Positions 20,517-30,992 of a stretch of 64,000 nt of DNA are shown here, piece after piece. The DNA comes from Promethearchaeota archaeon Loki_b32 (GTDB taxonomy: Archaea > Asgardarchaeota > Lokiarchaeia > Sigyniarchaeales > SOKP01), in contig NJBH01000007.1 of the NCBI GenBank assembly GCA_005223125.1, positions 85,097 to 149,096 of the forward strand. Reading direction: 5' to 3'. The notes under the pieces are model-generated. The model had not been told where the DNA came from and did no database searches. It saw only the letters and a list, made by a program, of their open reading frames with translations. Position numbers and translations under genes: made by a program. Within the stretch, counting starts at the first letter, position 1, and each line of letters opens with the position of its first letter.

Positions 20517-21365
20517 TTGGATGATAATAACAAGGATACTTCCGAAGAGTATGATGAAATCTTAGATATCGAAACAGATAAAGAATTCGATACAAAGATC
20601 GATGAAATACAAAGAAGACAAATCGATACTAAAAGAATTAAGAAGATAGATCAATCAAAAAAAAGAGCAGCAATAGAATCTGTTTTTGATGAAAGGACTA
20701 TTTTTACATTAAGTAAATTATTACGAAATGGACCGTTAGAACGAGTAGAAGGAATTATTTCAGCGGGAAAAGAGGCAAATATTTATTTAGCATATGATTT
20801 GTATGGAAAAGAGGTTGCTCTCAAAATCTATAAGATTGATAGTAATACTTCAAAATGGATGCGAAATTATATTATCGGAGATCCTAGATTTAAGAAAATT
20901 CCTCATAATATTTCAAAAGTTATATTTTTGTGGGCCAGTAAAGAGTATAAAAATCTTAAACGAGCATATAAGGTTGGTTTAAAAGTTCCAAATCCTTTAA
21001 GAATTAAAGATAATATTTTAATCATGGAATATATAGGGTTTGGATCGATCCCCGCTCCTCTCTTAAAAGACATAAAATCACCTAAGGAACCTATATCTTT
21101 AATGAATGAAATATTAACTTTTATAAAAGACCTATATCAGAAAGCTAAATTAGTTCATGGAGATCTAAGTGAGTTTAACATATTATATCATAATCAAAAA
21201 CCAGTAATAATTGATATTTCTCAAGCGGTATCTATTCACCATCCAAAAGCAGAAGTATATTTAGTAAGAGATATAAAAAATATTTTTAAATACTTTGAAA
21301 AATTAGGAATAGAAACACCAGATCCTAAAGATTTTTATTATGAAGTCATAAAAACAGATAATTGA
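20517..21365 (+). CDS. rio1: RIO1 serine/threonine kinase
   Basis: SAGKEAN, YIIGDPRF, WASKEYKNL, LVHGDLSEFNIL, IDISQAV. Confidence 0.95.
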   Translation: MDDNNKDTSEEYDEILDIETDKEFDTKIDEIQRRQIDTKRIKKIDQSKKRAAIESVFDERTIFTLSKLLRNGPLERVEGIISAGKEANIYLAYDLYGKEVALKIYKIDSNTSKWMRNYIIGDPRFKKIPHNISKVIFLWASKEYKNLKRAYKVGLKVPNPLRIKDNILIMEYIGFGSIPAPLLKDIKSPKEPISLMNEILTFIKDLYQKAKLVHGDLSEFNILYHNQKPVIIDISQAVSIHHPKAEVYLVRDIKNIFKYFEKLGIETPDPKDFYYEVIKTDN

Positions 21366-21406
21366 TAGATAAAAGATAAAAAAAATCTGTACGGTTTAGC
21401 AATAAA

Positions 21407-21964
21407 ATGAAAATTGGAAAAAATAGAATTGCTGTTTTAATTGGTCGAGAAGGAGAAGTAAAAAAAGCTATTGAAAATAAATTAGGAGTTAAAATTAATT
21501 TAGATAGTAAATCAGGAAATTGTGAGATATTACCAAACCTAGATCATCCGAATTATTTACCTTTAAATGATTTTATAGCTCAAAAAATAGCAGATGCGAT
21601 AAATAGAGGTTTTAATCCTATAAAAGCTATGAAATTATTAGAAGATAATTATGATCTTGAGATATTTAATTTATTGAAAATTGTTGGAAAATCTGATAAA
21701 AGACTTAAACGCGTAAAGGGACGAATAATTGGAAGAAATGGAGAAATGCGAAAAGAAATTGAAAGATTTTCTGAAAGTTTTATCTCAGTTTATGGAAAAA
21801 CTATCTCTATTATCGCTTCTTATGATAACTTACAGATTGCGAGAAAAGCAGTAAGTATGTTAATTAATGGAACGCCCCATCATGTAGTTTTAAGATTTTT
21901 AGAAAATAGATATAATGAAAAGAAAAAAGAAAAATTCAGAGAAATGTATAAACCTGAATTTTAA
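21407..21964 (+). CDS. KH-domain RNA-binding protein (Dim2/Pno1/Krr1 family)
   Basis: 'RIAVLIGREG', 'AINRGF', 'KGRIIGRNG', 'VYGKTI', 'G.PH'. Confidence 0.93.
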   Translation: MKIGKNRIAVLIGREGEVKKAIENKLGVKINLDSKSGNCEILPNLDHPNYLPLNDFIAQKIADAINRGFNPIKAMKLLEDNYDLEIFNLLKIVGKSDKRLKRVKGRIIGRNGEMRKEIERFSESFISVYGKTISIIASYDNLQIARKAVSMLINGTPHHVVLRFLENRYNEKKKEKFREMYKPEF

Positions 21965-21967
21965 TTT

Positions 21968-22336
21968 TCAGTTTAAGAATGTATTATTGTAAAGTTTTGA
22001 AGCCTCTTGAATTAGATCTTTTCCATATATAATATCTTTTAATTCTTTTAATAAATCATTTTTAGTGCTAATATTATCAATAGAGTATAATTCTTTGAAT
22101 TCTTCTTTTTGGAAATCTTTAAGATAAACTTCAAAGCTTTTAATTGAAAAAGTACGTGTTTTATAAGATTTAAAAATTGTAATATAACGAGGATAAGCAT
22201 TTTTTTCTCTTAAGAAAATCGCCCAACCATCAAAATAAAATTCGATTTTATAATTAAAAAAATTTTTCCAGTTCTGAATTTTACTTATAATATCATTTAT
22301 TTCTGCTTGAATTTCTGGGGAAAACTTATTATTCAT
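21968..22336 (-). CDS. Hypothetical protein
   Basis: 122-aa ORF directly downstream of ftsZ on the same strand; no recognised motif. Confidence 0.65.
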   Translation of the reverse strand: MNNKFSPEIQAEINDIISKIQNWKNFFNYKIEFYFDGWAIFLREKNAYPRYITIFKSYKTRTFSIKSFEVYLKDFQKEEFKELYSIDNISTKNDLLKELKDIIYGKDLIQEASKLYNNTFLN

Positions 22337-22383
22337 ATATGATAGTCGAGAAAGAATTATAAAAAGGAAGACTAAAAAATTAC

Positions 22384-23502
22384 TTAATCAAAGGCAATTT
22401 CTCCAATATTAAAAATCTCGTCAGATAACCCTAACTTTGAAGACTTTTTAATTTTAGAATTATAAAGAGTTTGTTTGAATGAAAATCCATTACCAAAAAT
22501 TTGAGGAGATTTTATGCCAGTTATCAAAAGCATAACTCTTAAAAGACCATCAAATTCATCTGAAACTCGAGCACCCCAAATTACCATTGAATCGTTCATA
22601 TCCATTTTTTCTGAAATTTTCTTAGCTACTGAATTTGCTTCTGCTAATGTCATATCATTTCCTCCACAGATATGGATTAAAGCACCTTTAGCACCATTAA
22701 TACTTACATCTAATAATGGAGTATTTAGGGCATCATTAATAGCTTCCTCAACTCTATTTTCTTTTCCACTAGATTCACCAACACCCACAATTGCTACACC
22801 TCCTGTACTTAAAATAGTTCTAACATCGGCAAAATCCAAATTAATTAGAGAAGGTAAAGAAATAGTTTCTGTGATACCTTTAACCATGGTAGCTAGAACT
22901 TCATCTGCTACACTGAAAGCTTCGATAATTGGTAAATTCGGAGCGATTTGTAGTAATCGATTGTTATCTATTACAACTAAAGTATCTACATAACGTTTTA
23001 ATAGATTTAACCCCATTTTGGCTTTATCAATACGTCCAATTTCAGTATCAAATGGCAACGTCACTACACCTACTACGATTGCACCTTCTAATTTTGCTAT
23101 TTCAGCAATGATAGGAGCACTTCCAGTACCTGTCCCTCCCCCCTCTCCACATGTTATGAAGACTAAGTTTGATTCTCTTAAAATTTTAGTTAAATCCTCT
23201 CGAGATTCTTCCGCTGCTGCTCTACCTATTTCTGGGTTTCCTCCGGCTCCCAGACCTTTTGTTAAATTCTTTCCAATTAATATTTTGATATGAGATTCAA
23301 CACTGTCTAAATGTTGACAATCAGTATTGATAGCAACGCATTTAGCTCCCTTTATTCCTATTTTCATTAGTCTATTAATTGTATTATTTCCGGCACCACC
23401 ACATCCAATTATTTTAATATTAGCATAACCAAATTTGTCTATCTGTGGTCGAATTATTTCTCTATTGCGTGCATTTTTTATAAATGATTCCATATTCATC
23501 AA
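22384..23502 (-). CDS. ftsZ: Cell division protein FtsZ
   Basis: GCGGAGNN, NTD, GLGAGGNP, GGGTGTG signature, NLDFADV T7 loop. Confidence 0.97.
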   Translation of the reverse strand: MMNMESFIKNARNREIIRPQIDKFGYANIKIIGCGGAGNNTINRLMKIGIKGAKCVAINTDCQHLDSVESHIKILIGKNLTKGLGAGGNPEIGRAAAEESREDLTKILRESNLVFITCGEGGGTGTGSAPIIAEIAKLEGAIVVGVVTLPFDTEIGRIDKAKMGLNLLKRYVDTLVVIDNNRLLQIAPNLPIIEAFSVADEVLATMVKGITETISLPSLINLDFADVRTILSTGGVAIVGVGESSGKENRVEEAINDALNTPLLDVSINGAKGALIHICGGNDMTLAEANSVAKKISEKMDMNDSMVIWGARVSDEFDGLLRVMLLITGIKSPQIFGNGFSFKQTLYNSKIKKSSKLGLSDEIFNIGEIAFD

Positions 23503-23600
23503 ATTTTATTATAATTTGAAAAAAGAATCATAATGAAAAAATTAGAATTAATGTAATATCGAAATATTACATAACCAGACTATTAAATTTAGATTTGAAA

Positions 23601-24821
23601 TTAATTTATAGAAAAATCTCCATCGATTTTGGGATCAAAGATTTGCTTATAACCGTTATCATTTATAAGAAGAATTTTTGGCAAAGAATATGGAAATCTG
23701 TTTGAAAATGTAAGACAATAAGCCCCTGTATTTGTGACTAATACTTTATCTCCTTCGTTTAAATTATCAGTGAAAAAGTAATCTTTTGCTAAAACATCTT
23801 GATCAGTTGGAATTATACCCGCAATTGAAGTTTTAACCTTATGTGGTTCATTAATTTGAGAAGCATTATAAAACCTTAAGGAACATTTAGCAAATTTTGG
23901 GCATATATGATTTCCAATATTTAAAAATATCCATCGATTTTCGCTAACTTTTACAATTTTTGATATAAATAATCCAGTGTCTCCTATAAAATACCTTCCA
24001 GGTTCAAAAAATATATTGTTATACTTAATTCCTAACCTTTTTAATTCCAATTTTATTTCGTTAGCTATAATTCTTAATTGTTTATAAGGCATTACAGTAG
24101 CCTCTGGAAAACCGCCTCCAAGATTGATATTGTCAATACTTATACCCACCCCTGAAAAAAGTCTTAAATTGTATGTTATTGCTTCAATATTATCTCTGAA
24201 TTGTCTGAAATTGTTCATTTGAGAGCTATGATGTGAGAGTATCGTTTTTATATTGACATTTTTACAATTTCTTAGTGTTTCTTTAAAGATTGCCACTTTT
24301 TTTTCATCCAATTTAATACCTAATTTGCTATTATATTTCTGAGAATTAACTCTGATGCAAATATCCTGAATATAGTCGAACTTTTTTGCAACTAAATTAA
24401 TTTTTTTTAAATCGCTTAAGTTGTATAGTACAACTTCTTTTACCTTGTTTTTTATACTTGATTCGATTAATTCTTTTGATAAATAAGGTCCGCCTACAAT
24501 TATTTTATTAGAAGGAAAACCGAGTTTTAATGCTAGTTTCAACTCGGGTAATCCTATAATTTCTGCTCCAATTCCTTCAGAATGTACAATTTTACAGATT
24601 TCTGAAAGATAATTAGCTTTAAATGAGTAAAAACAATGGAAATTTTCAAATTCAGAGCGAAATATATCAGTAAACGTTCTTATATTGGCTCTAATTCTAT
24701 TTTCCAAGAATATCATTAATGGTGTTTTAAATTTATTAAGGATTTCATCAAGTGGTACTTTATCAATAAAAATTTTACCACTTTCTTTTTTTAGAAATGG
24801 ATTTCCAGAGATATTTTTCAT
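23601..24821 (-). CDS. Fold-type III PLP decarboxylase (LysA/Orn-DAP-Arg family), divergent
   Basis: YSFKAN (PLP lysine), SKLG, NLGGGF, EPGR, GAY. Confidence 0.85.
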   Translation of the reverse strand: MKNISGNPFLKKESGKIFIDKVPLDEILNKFKTPLMIFLENRIRANIRTFTDIFRSEFENFHCFYSFKANYLSEICKIVHSEGIGAEIIGLPELKLALKLGFPSNKIIVGGPYLSKELIESSIKNKVKEVVLYNLSDLKKINLVAKKFDYIQDICIRVNSQKYNSKLGIKLDEKKVAIFKETLRNCKNVNIKTILSHHSSQMNNFRQFRDNIEAITYNLRLFSGVGISIDNINLGGGFPEATVMPYKQLRIIANEIKLELKRLGIKYNNIFFEPGRYFIGDTGLFISKIVKVSENRWIFLNIGNHICPKFAKCSLRFYNASQINEPHKVKTSIAGIIPTDQDVLAKDYFFTDNLNEGDKVLVTNTGAYCLTFSNRFPYSLPKILLINDNGYKQIFDPKIDGDFSIN

Positions 24822-24828
24822 AGCACAA

Positions 24829-26130
24829 TCATCTAAATTTTGTTAATAAATTTTGATATGTATAATGTGTTTCTTTTGCAACAATATCCCATGTATACTT
24901 TTGAGATACCTTTAATTGTCCAGCTGAACCATATCTTTTTCTTAAATTGTTGTTCTTTAGGAGAAAAATAACTTTTTGAGCGATATCTTTAGGTTTATCA
25001 AATTCAACTAGCAATCCGTCAATATTTTCTCGTATCACTTCTGGAGTCGCACCAATTCTTGCTCCAATAACTGGTTTTCCCATAGACCATGCCTCTAAAA
25101 ATGAGATTCCAAATGCGTCACTCCGACTGGGCATTAAATAAATATCTGCTTCTTTAAATGCCGCTAATTTTTTTTTATCAAAATATCCTGTTAAATTTCC
25201 GGGAGAAAAATTAATAATTCTAACTTTTTCTAATTTGTTAATTTTAGATAGTTCACGATTAAAAGCAACTGTTGAGGGTCCTATAAATACAAAATAAACT
25301 TTTTTTATTTTTTTAAGAATGTAAGGTATTGATTTCAGAATTGAAAGAGCTCCCTTTTCATAGTTCTTATATCCACAAAATAATATTAGTTTGTATTTCT
25401 TTTCATTTTTATTAAAAAATTTCTCCTTAAATGATAAATTGGATAGAGGCTTTTTATTAACCTTCTGAAATTTTGTATAATCTACACCCATTGGAATAAC
25501 TGTGATTTGACCTGGTTGAATTTTGCATTTTTGAACTAAAAATTCTTTCTCAACATTTGTACAGGCAATTAATAAATCAAATTTTTTTAACAAATCAATT
25601 ACCTTCAAGTCTGTATATCGAGGATTCGAAAAATGAAAAAATGGAGTGCAAATTGTTGGTTTCTTTATAAAATTTCCAATTATTAAACTAATAATGCAAT
25701 TAAAGTAAGGAAAATAAGTAGTATGAATTAAATCGTAATTTAAATCTTGCTTTTTTAATAAATAATCTAATAAATCACCCAAATATGGGCCATTTCTAAC
25801 AATCCTTTCAAGAACATCATCGTGGAGATTTAGTGCATTATATGAGGGAATTACTTTCAAAATTTTTAGAATCTCTTTATTTGAGATGTTGTAATTAACT
25901 GGGAATCTGTTAACCTTCAAACTATTTACTTCATAAAAATATTTATTATCAGGAGTTAATATTTTTCCTGAGGAATTTCTTAAAGCTTTAAAATCAATAG
26001 CATTAGAAGTATATATCTCTATATTGTAATTATATTTTGTAGTCAATAGCTCTGCCATCCTTTGAAAATAAAATTCAGCGCCAGAGATTGAAGGAAAATA
26101 TCTAGTTGGAAGATATAAAATATTATTCAA
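24829..26130 (-). CDS. Glycosyltransferase family 4 (GT-B)
   Basis: 'GAE', 'VIPMGVD', 'PSRSDAFGISFLEAW..GKPVI', 'G.LV'. Confidence 0.92.
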   Translation of the reverse strand: MNNILYLPTRYFPSISGAEFYFQRMAELLTTKYNYNIEIYTSNAIDFKALRNSSGKILTPDNKYFYEVNSLKVNRFPVNYNISNKEILKILKVIPSYNALNLHDDVLERIVRNGPYLGDLLDYLLKKQDLNYDLIHTTYFPYFNCIISLIIGNFIKKPTICTPFFHFSNPRYTDLKVIDLLKKFDLLIACTNVEKEFLVQKCKIQPGQITVIPMGVDYTKFQKVNKKPLSNLSFKEKFFNKNEKKYKLILFCGYKNYEKGALSILKSIPYILKKIKKVYFVFIGPSTVAFNRELSKINKLEKVRIINFSPGNLTGYFDKKKLAAFKEADIYLMPSRSDAFGISFLEAWSMGKPVIGARIGATPEVIRENIDGLLVEFDKPKDIAQKVIFLLKNNNLRKRYGSAGQLKVSQKYTWDIVAKETHYTYQNLLTKFR

Positions 26131-26164
26131 AGAGTTATAAATCCTTTTTATTTATAGATTATAA

Positions 26165-26368
26165 TTAACAAACTTTTGAATTTTTTGCTTTTTTCTTCTC
26201 TACTTCAGTTTCAATAACTTTGGTAATCTTATCTCTAATTTCCTCTTTATTGTTATCATAAACGGTTTTAGCTATTCGAAAGGTAATTACTTTGCTCTCT
26301 TCGTCTCCGAATTTCTTTTTTCGATGCCCACGCTCTTTTACTTTTTTTTCACTTTTAATTTCCGACAT
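26165..26368 (-). CDS. Small basic protein, possibly ribbon-helix-helix DNA binding
   Basis: Basic N-terminus and 'VITFRI' beta-strand followed by helices; start 1 nt after the upstream gene's stop. Confidence 0.55.
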   Translation of the reverse strand: MSEIKSEKKVKERGHRKKKFGDEESKVITFRIAKTVYDNNKEEIRDKITKVIETEVEKKKAKNSKVC

Positions 26369-26369
26369 A

Positions 26370-26861
26370 TTATATTCTCTTTTTTATTTCAAATTTATTT
26401 GTCTTCGGCTTTATAGAAAAAAATATGCATTTATTACATAAAATTAATTTTCCCATTTCACACTTAAAACACTTTTCAACAGTTGTGTTATTTTTAGAAA
26501 GGCTACAAATGAATTCAGTCTTCGTAGTTCTTTTTATATCTTTATAAACTAAAAAATTTCGTACTTCGCTTAAATCATCTTCAAAATCTGTTTCAAATCC
26601 CTGATCCATTGCCATTTTTAGTTCTTGTTCAAATTCACAAATTGGTTGTTTTGCAAATTTCTCAATCTTTCTATCATTTTTATTTTCAAAATAATTGTTT
26701 AATGTTTCTAAGAAACATTTAAAATGTTGAAAATGAAAGAATAATAGAGTTGGTGGTACGGTATTTACTTCTAGAATTACATGAATTTTATCGGAATCAA
26801 CATATTCATTACATATCGAACAAATACGTTTTTTATTTTTAGTTTCAAAAAATTTTAACAT
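26370..26861 (-). CDS. Cys/His-rich hypothetical protein
   Basis: CSIC...HFQH and further CxxC motifs. Confidence 0.6.
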   Translation of the reverse strand: MLKFFETKNKKRICSICNEYVDSDKIHVILEVNTVPPTLLFFHFQHFKCFLETLNNYFENKNDRKIEKFAKQPICEFEQELKMAMDQGFETDFEDDLSEVRNFLVYKDIKRTTKTEFICSLSKNNTTVEKCFKCEMGKLILCNKCIFFSIKPKTNKFEIKKRI

Positions 26862-26999
26862 AATTCAATTCAAATTTTCTCATTCGTATTACAATTCACT
26901 CTTTTTTCAAATATATAAAGTCCTAAAAATTGCAATTTTAATAGAAATGTTTTTTTTTCCTATGGATAATAATATATTTAACAGAAACAAATCAATAAA

Positions 27000-27392
27000 A
27001 TGTCCAAAGATTTATTGTTTCAAGTTTTTAGGAAAGCTAAGAAAAAGCAACTGATCGATGAGGAATTCATATCCTTTTTAGAAACAATTTTTCCTGGTAG
27101 ATCTACAAATGTAATTGATGTTTTAAAAAGGGGCATTATTAAATATATATATAAACCTTCAGATAGAGTTGTATGGGTGGCGAAAGGTGAAAATCAGGAG
27201 CATTTAATCTTTCCTAAATTGTATTGTTCATGTCAAGATTTCTATAAGAATGTTGTTGTAAAGAGAAATCATAATTTTTGTAAGCATATTTTAGCCCAGA
27301 TAATTAGTGAAGCTTTAAATAAATTTAGGACCGTAAAAACAGAAGATAATAAATTTAAAGCGTTAGTTAGAGAGTTAAAACTTGAAATATAA
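27000..27392 (+). CDS. SWIM zinc-finger protein
   Basis: YCSCQDF...CKHIL motif preceded by 'VWVAKG..EHL'. Confidence 0.85.
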   Translation: MSKDLLFQVFRKAKKKQLIDEEFISFLETIFPGRSTNVIDVLKRGIIKYIYKPSDRVVWVAKGENQEHLIFPKLYCSCQDFYKNVVVKRNHNFCKHILAQIISEALNKFRTVKTEDNKFKALVRELKLEI

Positions 27393-27409
27393 AAACCTTT
27401 TTCTAATTA

Positions 27410-28003
27410 TTAGACTGAAATATCTTCTCTTTCCCACTTTTGTAAATATATATTAAATTCTTCTAAATTTATTTGACATGGAATAAGTATCTTTTTCAAC
27501 GCTTCTAATTTCTTTATTTTAAATATTAATTTCTTATTCTTATGGTAAAAATTTTCGGCTTTTGGATACTCTTCTTTAAAAACTTCTTTCAAATGTCCGA
27601 GATCCATTTTTTCTAATTCACTATAATGTTGAATTACAAAATTGCATAGAGGATCAATTGAGATCTCAAAATTAAAAGCATCGACACGCTTCAGTGCAAG
27701 TGGATATGCTTGACATGCTAAAGGTTTATTTTCATGAACCCTACAACCATTATGTTCATTATAAAATGGGCATCCTTGATTTTCATTATCTAATCTTATT
27801 CGATAGGTTAACACTAATATTTTTTCATTTTTAATATCCGGAAACACTAGATCTTCGATTATTTTAAATTCAATATCGCGTTCCTTCGCGATTTCTATTA
27901 AAATGTCGGCTTCATCTGGATAGAGAGGAATTCTTTTTACGTAATCTCCAGGAACCTCATGACAACAAGTACCACACATTCTACATTTATAATTTATAGA
28001 CAT
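27410..28003 (-). CDS. YkgJ-family (CxxCxxCC) Zn/Fe-chelating protein
   Basis: CRMCGTCC, CPFY, C.VHENKPLACQAYP. Confidence 0.9.
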   Translation of the reverse strand: MSINYKCRMCGTCCHEVPGDYVKRIPLYPDEADILIEIAKERDIEFKIIEDLVFPDIKNEKILVLTYRIRLDNENQGCPFYNEHNGCRVHENKPLACQAYPLALKRVDAFNFEISIDPLCNFVIQHYSELEKMDLGHLKEVFKEEYPKAENFYHKNKKLIFKIKKLEALKKILIPCQINLEEFNIYLQKWEREDISV

Positions 28004-28182
28004 CCTAACAATTGTTCTTTGTTACTAAGGAGAATAAGAGTTTAGTCTAAATTTAATTTTTTGATAATATGATTATATTACTTTTACAGTAAATCTTGTG
28101 TCTACTAGGATAATACATCGTTTTTAAACTGATAAAATCACCCTATTAATAGAGCTGTATTTTAATAAATAAGGTTTAAGTT

Positions 28183-28992
28183 ATGGAAGGAATAAGAACT
28201 ATAAAACATGAAAATATGGATGGAAAAGACTTTATAAGGCCCATTTGTATTTTAGGAATGCCGGGGATTGCCGATGTTGGAAAATTTGCTTTAGATTCTC
28301 TTATAGGTCAACTTAACGCTTTAAATTTAATTGATATTATTTTTGATGATTATCCCGCTGGAGCAATTGTGGATGACAGTTTATTATCTGCTCCTAAAGC
28401 TGAAATTTTATATTGGAAAGATCCAAATGAATTAAGAGATATAGTGTTAATAACTGCTGATGCACAAAGTCTTACTCCAAAAGGAATATATAAAATATCT
28501 AATTTTCTTACAGAAATTATAAATCAATATGGGATAAAATTAATAATTGCTTTAGGTGCGTATCCTGTAAACAGCAGAAAAATTACCTCAAAACTCCCTA
28601 AAATCTATCTTAGTTCAACTAATCGAGATTTATTAAAGCATTATCTAGTTGAAAATAATTGCCAGAAGATTCAGAAGGGAGTAATAATTGGCGCAAATGG
28701 TTTGATTCCAACATTAGCTAAAGCAAGATTTGACATTGATGGATTGGTTTTTCTTGCCGAGACAGATAATCTTGCCATGATTAATGAAGATATTACTGAT
28801 CTTAAGGCTTCAATCACTCTTTTAGAAATGCTTATAAAATCCTTTACGTTACCAATTAAAAAGAAATATTCTTTGGAAAATATTGAAGAAATTACAAAAA
28901 ACCTTCAAGTTAAGAGAGATCAATTAGAAAAAGATCTCGATTCACTCCAACTTGTTGATACAGATGATAAACGAAAATCATTATATATCTAA
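28183..28992 (+). CDS. PAC2-family proteasome assembly chaperone
   Basis: 'GMPGIADVGKFA', 'TADAQ', 'IALGAY', 'IIGANGLI', 'LAET'. Confidence 0.87.
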   Translation: MEGIRTIKHENMDGKDFIRPICILGMPGIADVGKFALDSLIGQLNALNLIDIIFDDYPAGAIVDDSLLSAPKAEILYWKDPNELRDIVLITADAQSLTPKGIYKISNFLTEIINQYGIKLIIALGAYPVNSRKITSKLPKIYLSSTNRDLLKHYLVENNCQKIQKGVIIGANGLIPTLAKARFDIDGLVFLAETDNLAMINEDITDLKASITLLEMLIKSFTLPIKKKYSLENIEEITKNLQVKRDQLEKDLDSLQLVDTDDKRKSLYI

Positions 28993-29091
28993 GTTAAATT
29001 CTTTTTTAATAATCTCTTTTTACTTGTATTATACTTTTACTTAAAAGAATCAAGCAAAAAGTATTTTAATTATGGAGAATTTAGAATAATT

Positions 29092-29241
29092 ATGAGTTAT
29101 GTGTGTGCTAGGAAGAGTTGTGGCAAAGAAGTTAGTAAAAAAGAATTAAGTGCTCTTCCAGGTATCAAATGTTCTCACTGTGGCTTTCGAATCTTATATA
29201 AAAAACGTCCAGACGTTATAAAACGTATTAAAATTCGTTAA
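29092..29241 (+). CDS. rpo12: RNA polymerase subunit Rpo12 (P), 49 aa, missed by the ORF track
   Basis: MSYVCARKSCGKEVSKKELSALPGIKCSHCGFRILYKKRPDVIKRIKIR; zinc ribbon plus CG.RILYK.R signature. Confidence 0.93.
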   Translation: MSYVCARKSCGKEVSKKELSALPGIKCSHCGFRILYKKRPDVIKRIKIR

Positions 29242-29309
29242 ATCTAATTCTTTATCCAAAATATTGATAATTTATACTGATTTTTCATATTCGATAAGAT
29301 TATAATTTA

Positions 29310-30248
29310 TTATATTCTAATTTCGAATTTTAAATGATCAATTATTTCTTTGTATCGATTCCTGATAGTTGCTTCAGTAACTCCCGCAGCCATTGATATT
29401 TCTTTTTGTGTACGCCGTTCTCCTTCTTGTATAGCAGCAACATATAATGCTGCACCTGCTAATCCTGTTGGTGCTTTCCCTGCAGTGATACGATATTTTT
29501 TTGCAAGTTTTAAAATTGAAGCCGCCCTATTTTGAGTTTTTCCAGAGAGTTTTAATTCGGCGCAAAACCGTGGTATGAAATTTATTGGAGAGGAAACTTG
29601 AATATTTAATTTAAGCTCTCTTAGAATTAACCTGTAGCAGCGAGCGACTTTCTTCTTATCTACTGAAGCAAATTCTATGAAATCATCTAAAGTCTTAGGA
29701 ATACTATTCAATCTACAAGATAAATAAATTGATGCAATCAGCATTGCTTCAATAGATCTACCTCTAATTAAATTCTTATTAGCCATTTTTCTATAAATGT
29801 GTGCAGCTGATTCTTTCAAATCTTTTGATAGGTTTAGTTGAGAAGAAAATCTATCCAATTCATTCATTGCATAGGCTAAATTTCTATCAATCGACTTATT
29901 TGTACGCGTCCTTACATGCCATTTTCTTAACCGATAAACTTCCGCCTTCATTTTAGGGCTTATTGTCTTTCCAAACGCGTCTTTATTCTTCCAACCGATC
30001 ATAGTACTTAAACCCTTATCATGAAGAGTTAGGGTTGTAGGGGCTCCTACTCGCACTTTTTTCTTTGCCTCTTCTGATGTAAATGCTCGCCATTCGGGCC
30101 CAGAATCTATAAGTCTTTGACTTAAAACTAATCCACATATGCTACAAATTATCTCACCACGAGATTCATCTGAGATTAAATTTTTGTTACCACATTCTGG
30201 ACATAAATTGAAATTTTTTTGAGAGAATGAAAGATCCAATAATGCCAA
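29310..30248 (-). CDS. tfb: Transcription initiation factor TFB
   Basis: Zinc ribbon CPECG...CSICG, 'IDSGPEWRAF', 'HDKGLST', two cyclin repeats, 'VTEATIRNRYKE'. Confidence 0.97.
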   Translation of the reverse strand: MALLDLSFSQKNFNLCPECGNKNLISDESRGEIICSICGLVLSQRLIDSGPEWRAFTSEEAKKKVRVGAPTTLTLHDKGLSTMIGWKNKDAFGKTISPKMKAEVYRLRKWHVRTRTNKSIDRNLAYAMNELDRFSSQLNLSKDLKESAAHIYRKMANKNLIRGRSIEAMLIASIYLSCRLNSIPKTLDDFIEFASVDKKKVARCYRLILRELKLNIQVSSPINFIPRFCAELKLSGKTQNRAASILKLAKKYRITAGKAPTGLAGAALYVAAIQEGERRTQKEISMAAGVTEATIRNRYKEIIDHLKFEIRI

Positions 30249-30407
30249 CCCATTAAAAATTCTATACTTTAATTTTCATAATTAATCTTGCACATTTAAA
30301 TGTTTGCGTTTTAAGGATTTGTCCATTAATAATAATCTCAGTTTACAATTTTTGATTTTTGGATTATATCGAAACATTTTTATAAGTTCATTCTTTCTCT
30401 TATTATA

Positions 30408-30881
30408 ATGCGACATTATTACAAGACCCATGGAAAACATTGCTATCTCCGATCTTTTCAATCAAAATGTCCAAAATGTAATGCTAGTGTATTATTTTGG
30501 GAATGTACCCACGGAAGTAAAGTTTTTTTTGAGTATCCCCCTTACGGAAAACTGGTAAGGCATTTTTGTCGGTATCATAAAGGGGCATTTAATGTAAAGA
30601 AAAAATTTCAAATTATTGTTAAGAAACCAAAAGGACTTTTAGATTATCAATCTCCAAGTTGTCCGGTGTGTGGGAAATTATTTAAAAATATTAGTAGTTT
30701 AGAAGATCATCTGGAGATTTTAAAAAAAAATGATATTTATCATAAGCTTTTTTTTGATAATAAAATTTCATTTGAAGATAAGTTTGTAGAAAATATACAC
30801 AAAAATTCAGATCAGACCAAATTGCGTGAACAACCAGAATTTGGGAAAATTAACATAAAAAAAGAGAAAAAAATTGATTAA
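30408..30881 (+). CDS. Zinc-finger hypothetical protein
   Basis: CPKC...C.HGSKVFF...HFC and C2H2-like CPVCGKLF...H. Confidence 0.7.
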   Translation: MRHYYKTHGKHCYLRSFQSKCPKCNASVLFWECTHGSKVFFEYPPYGKLVRHFCRYHKGAFNVKKKFQIIVKKPKGLLDYQSPSCPVCGKLFKNISSLEDHLEILKKNDIYHKLFFDNKISFEDKFVENIHKNSDQTKLREQPEFGKINIKKEKKID

Positions 30882-30992
30882 ATTAGGTTTTCGATAAATT
30901 TTTAATAAATTAGTATATAATTATTTTATAACAAATTAAATGACTTTAGAGATTATTTTATTTATTAAATCCCAGAAGAGATAGGAAAAAAA

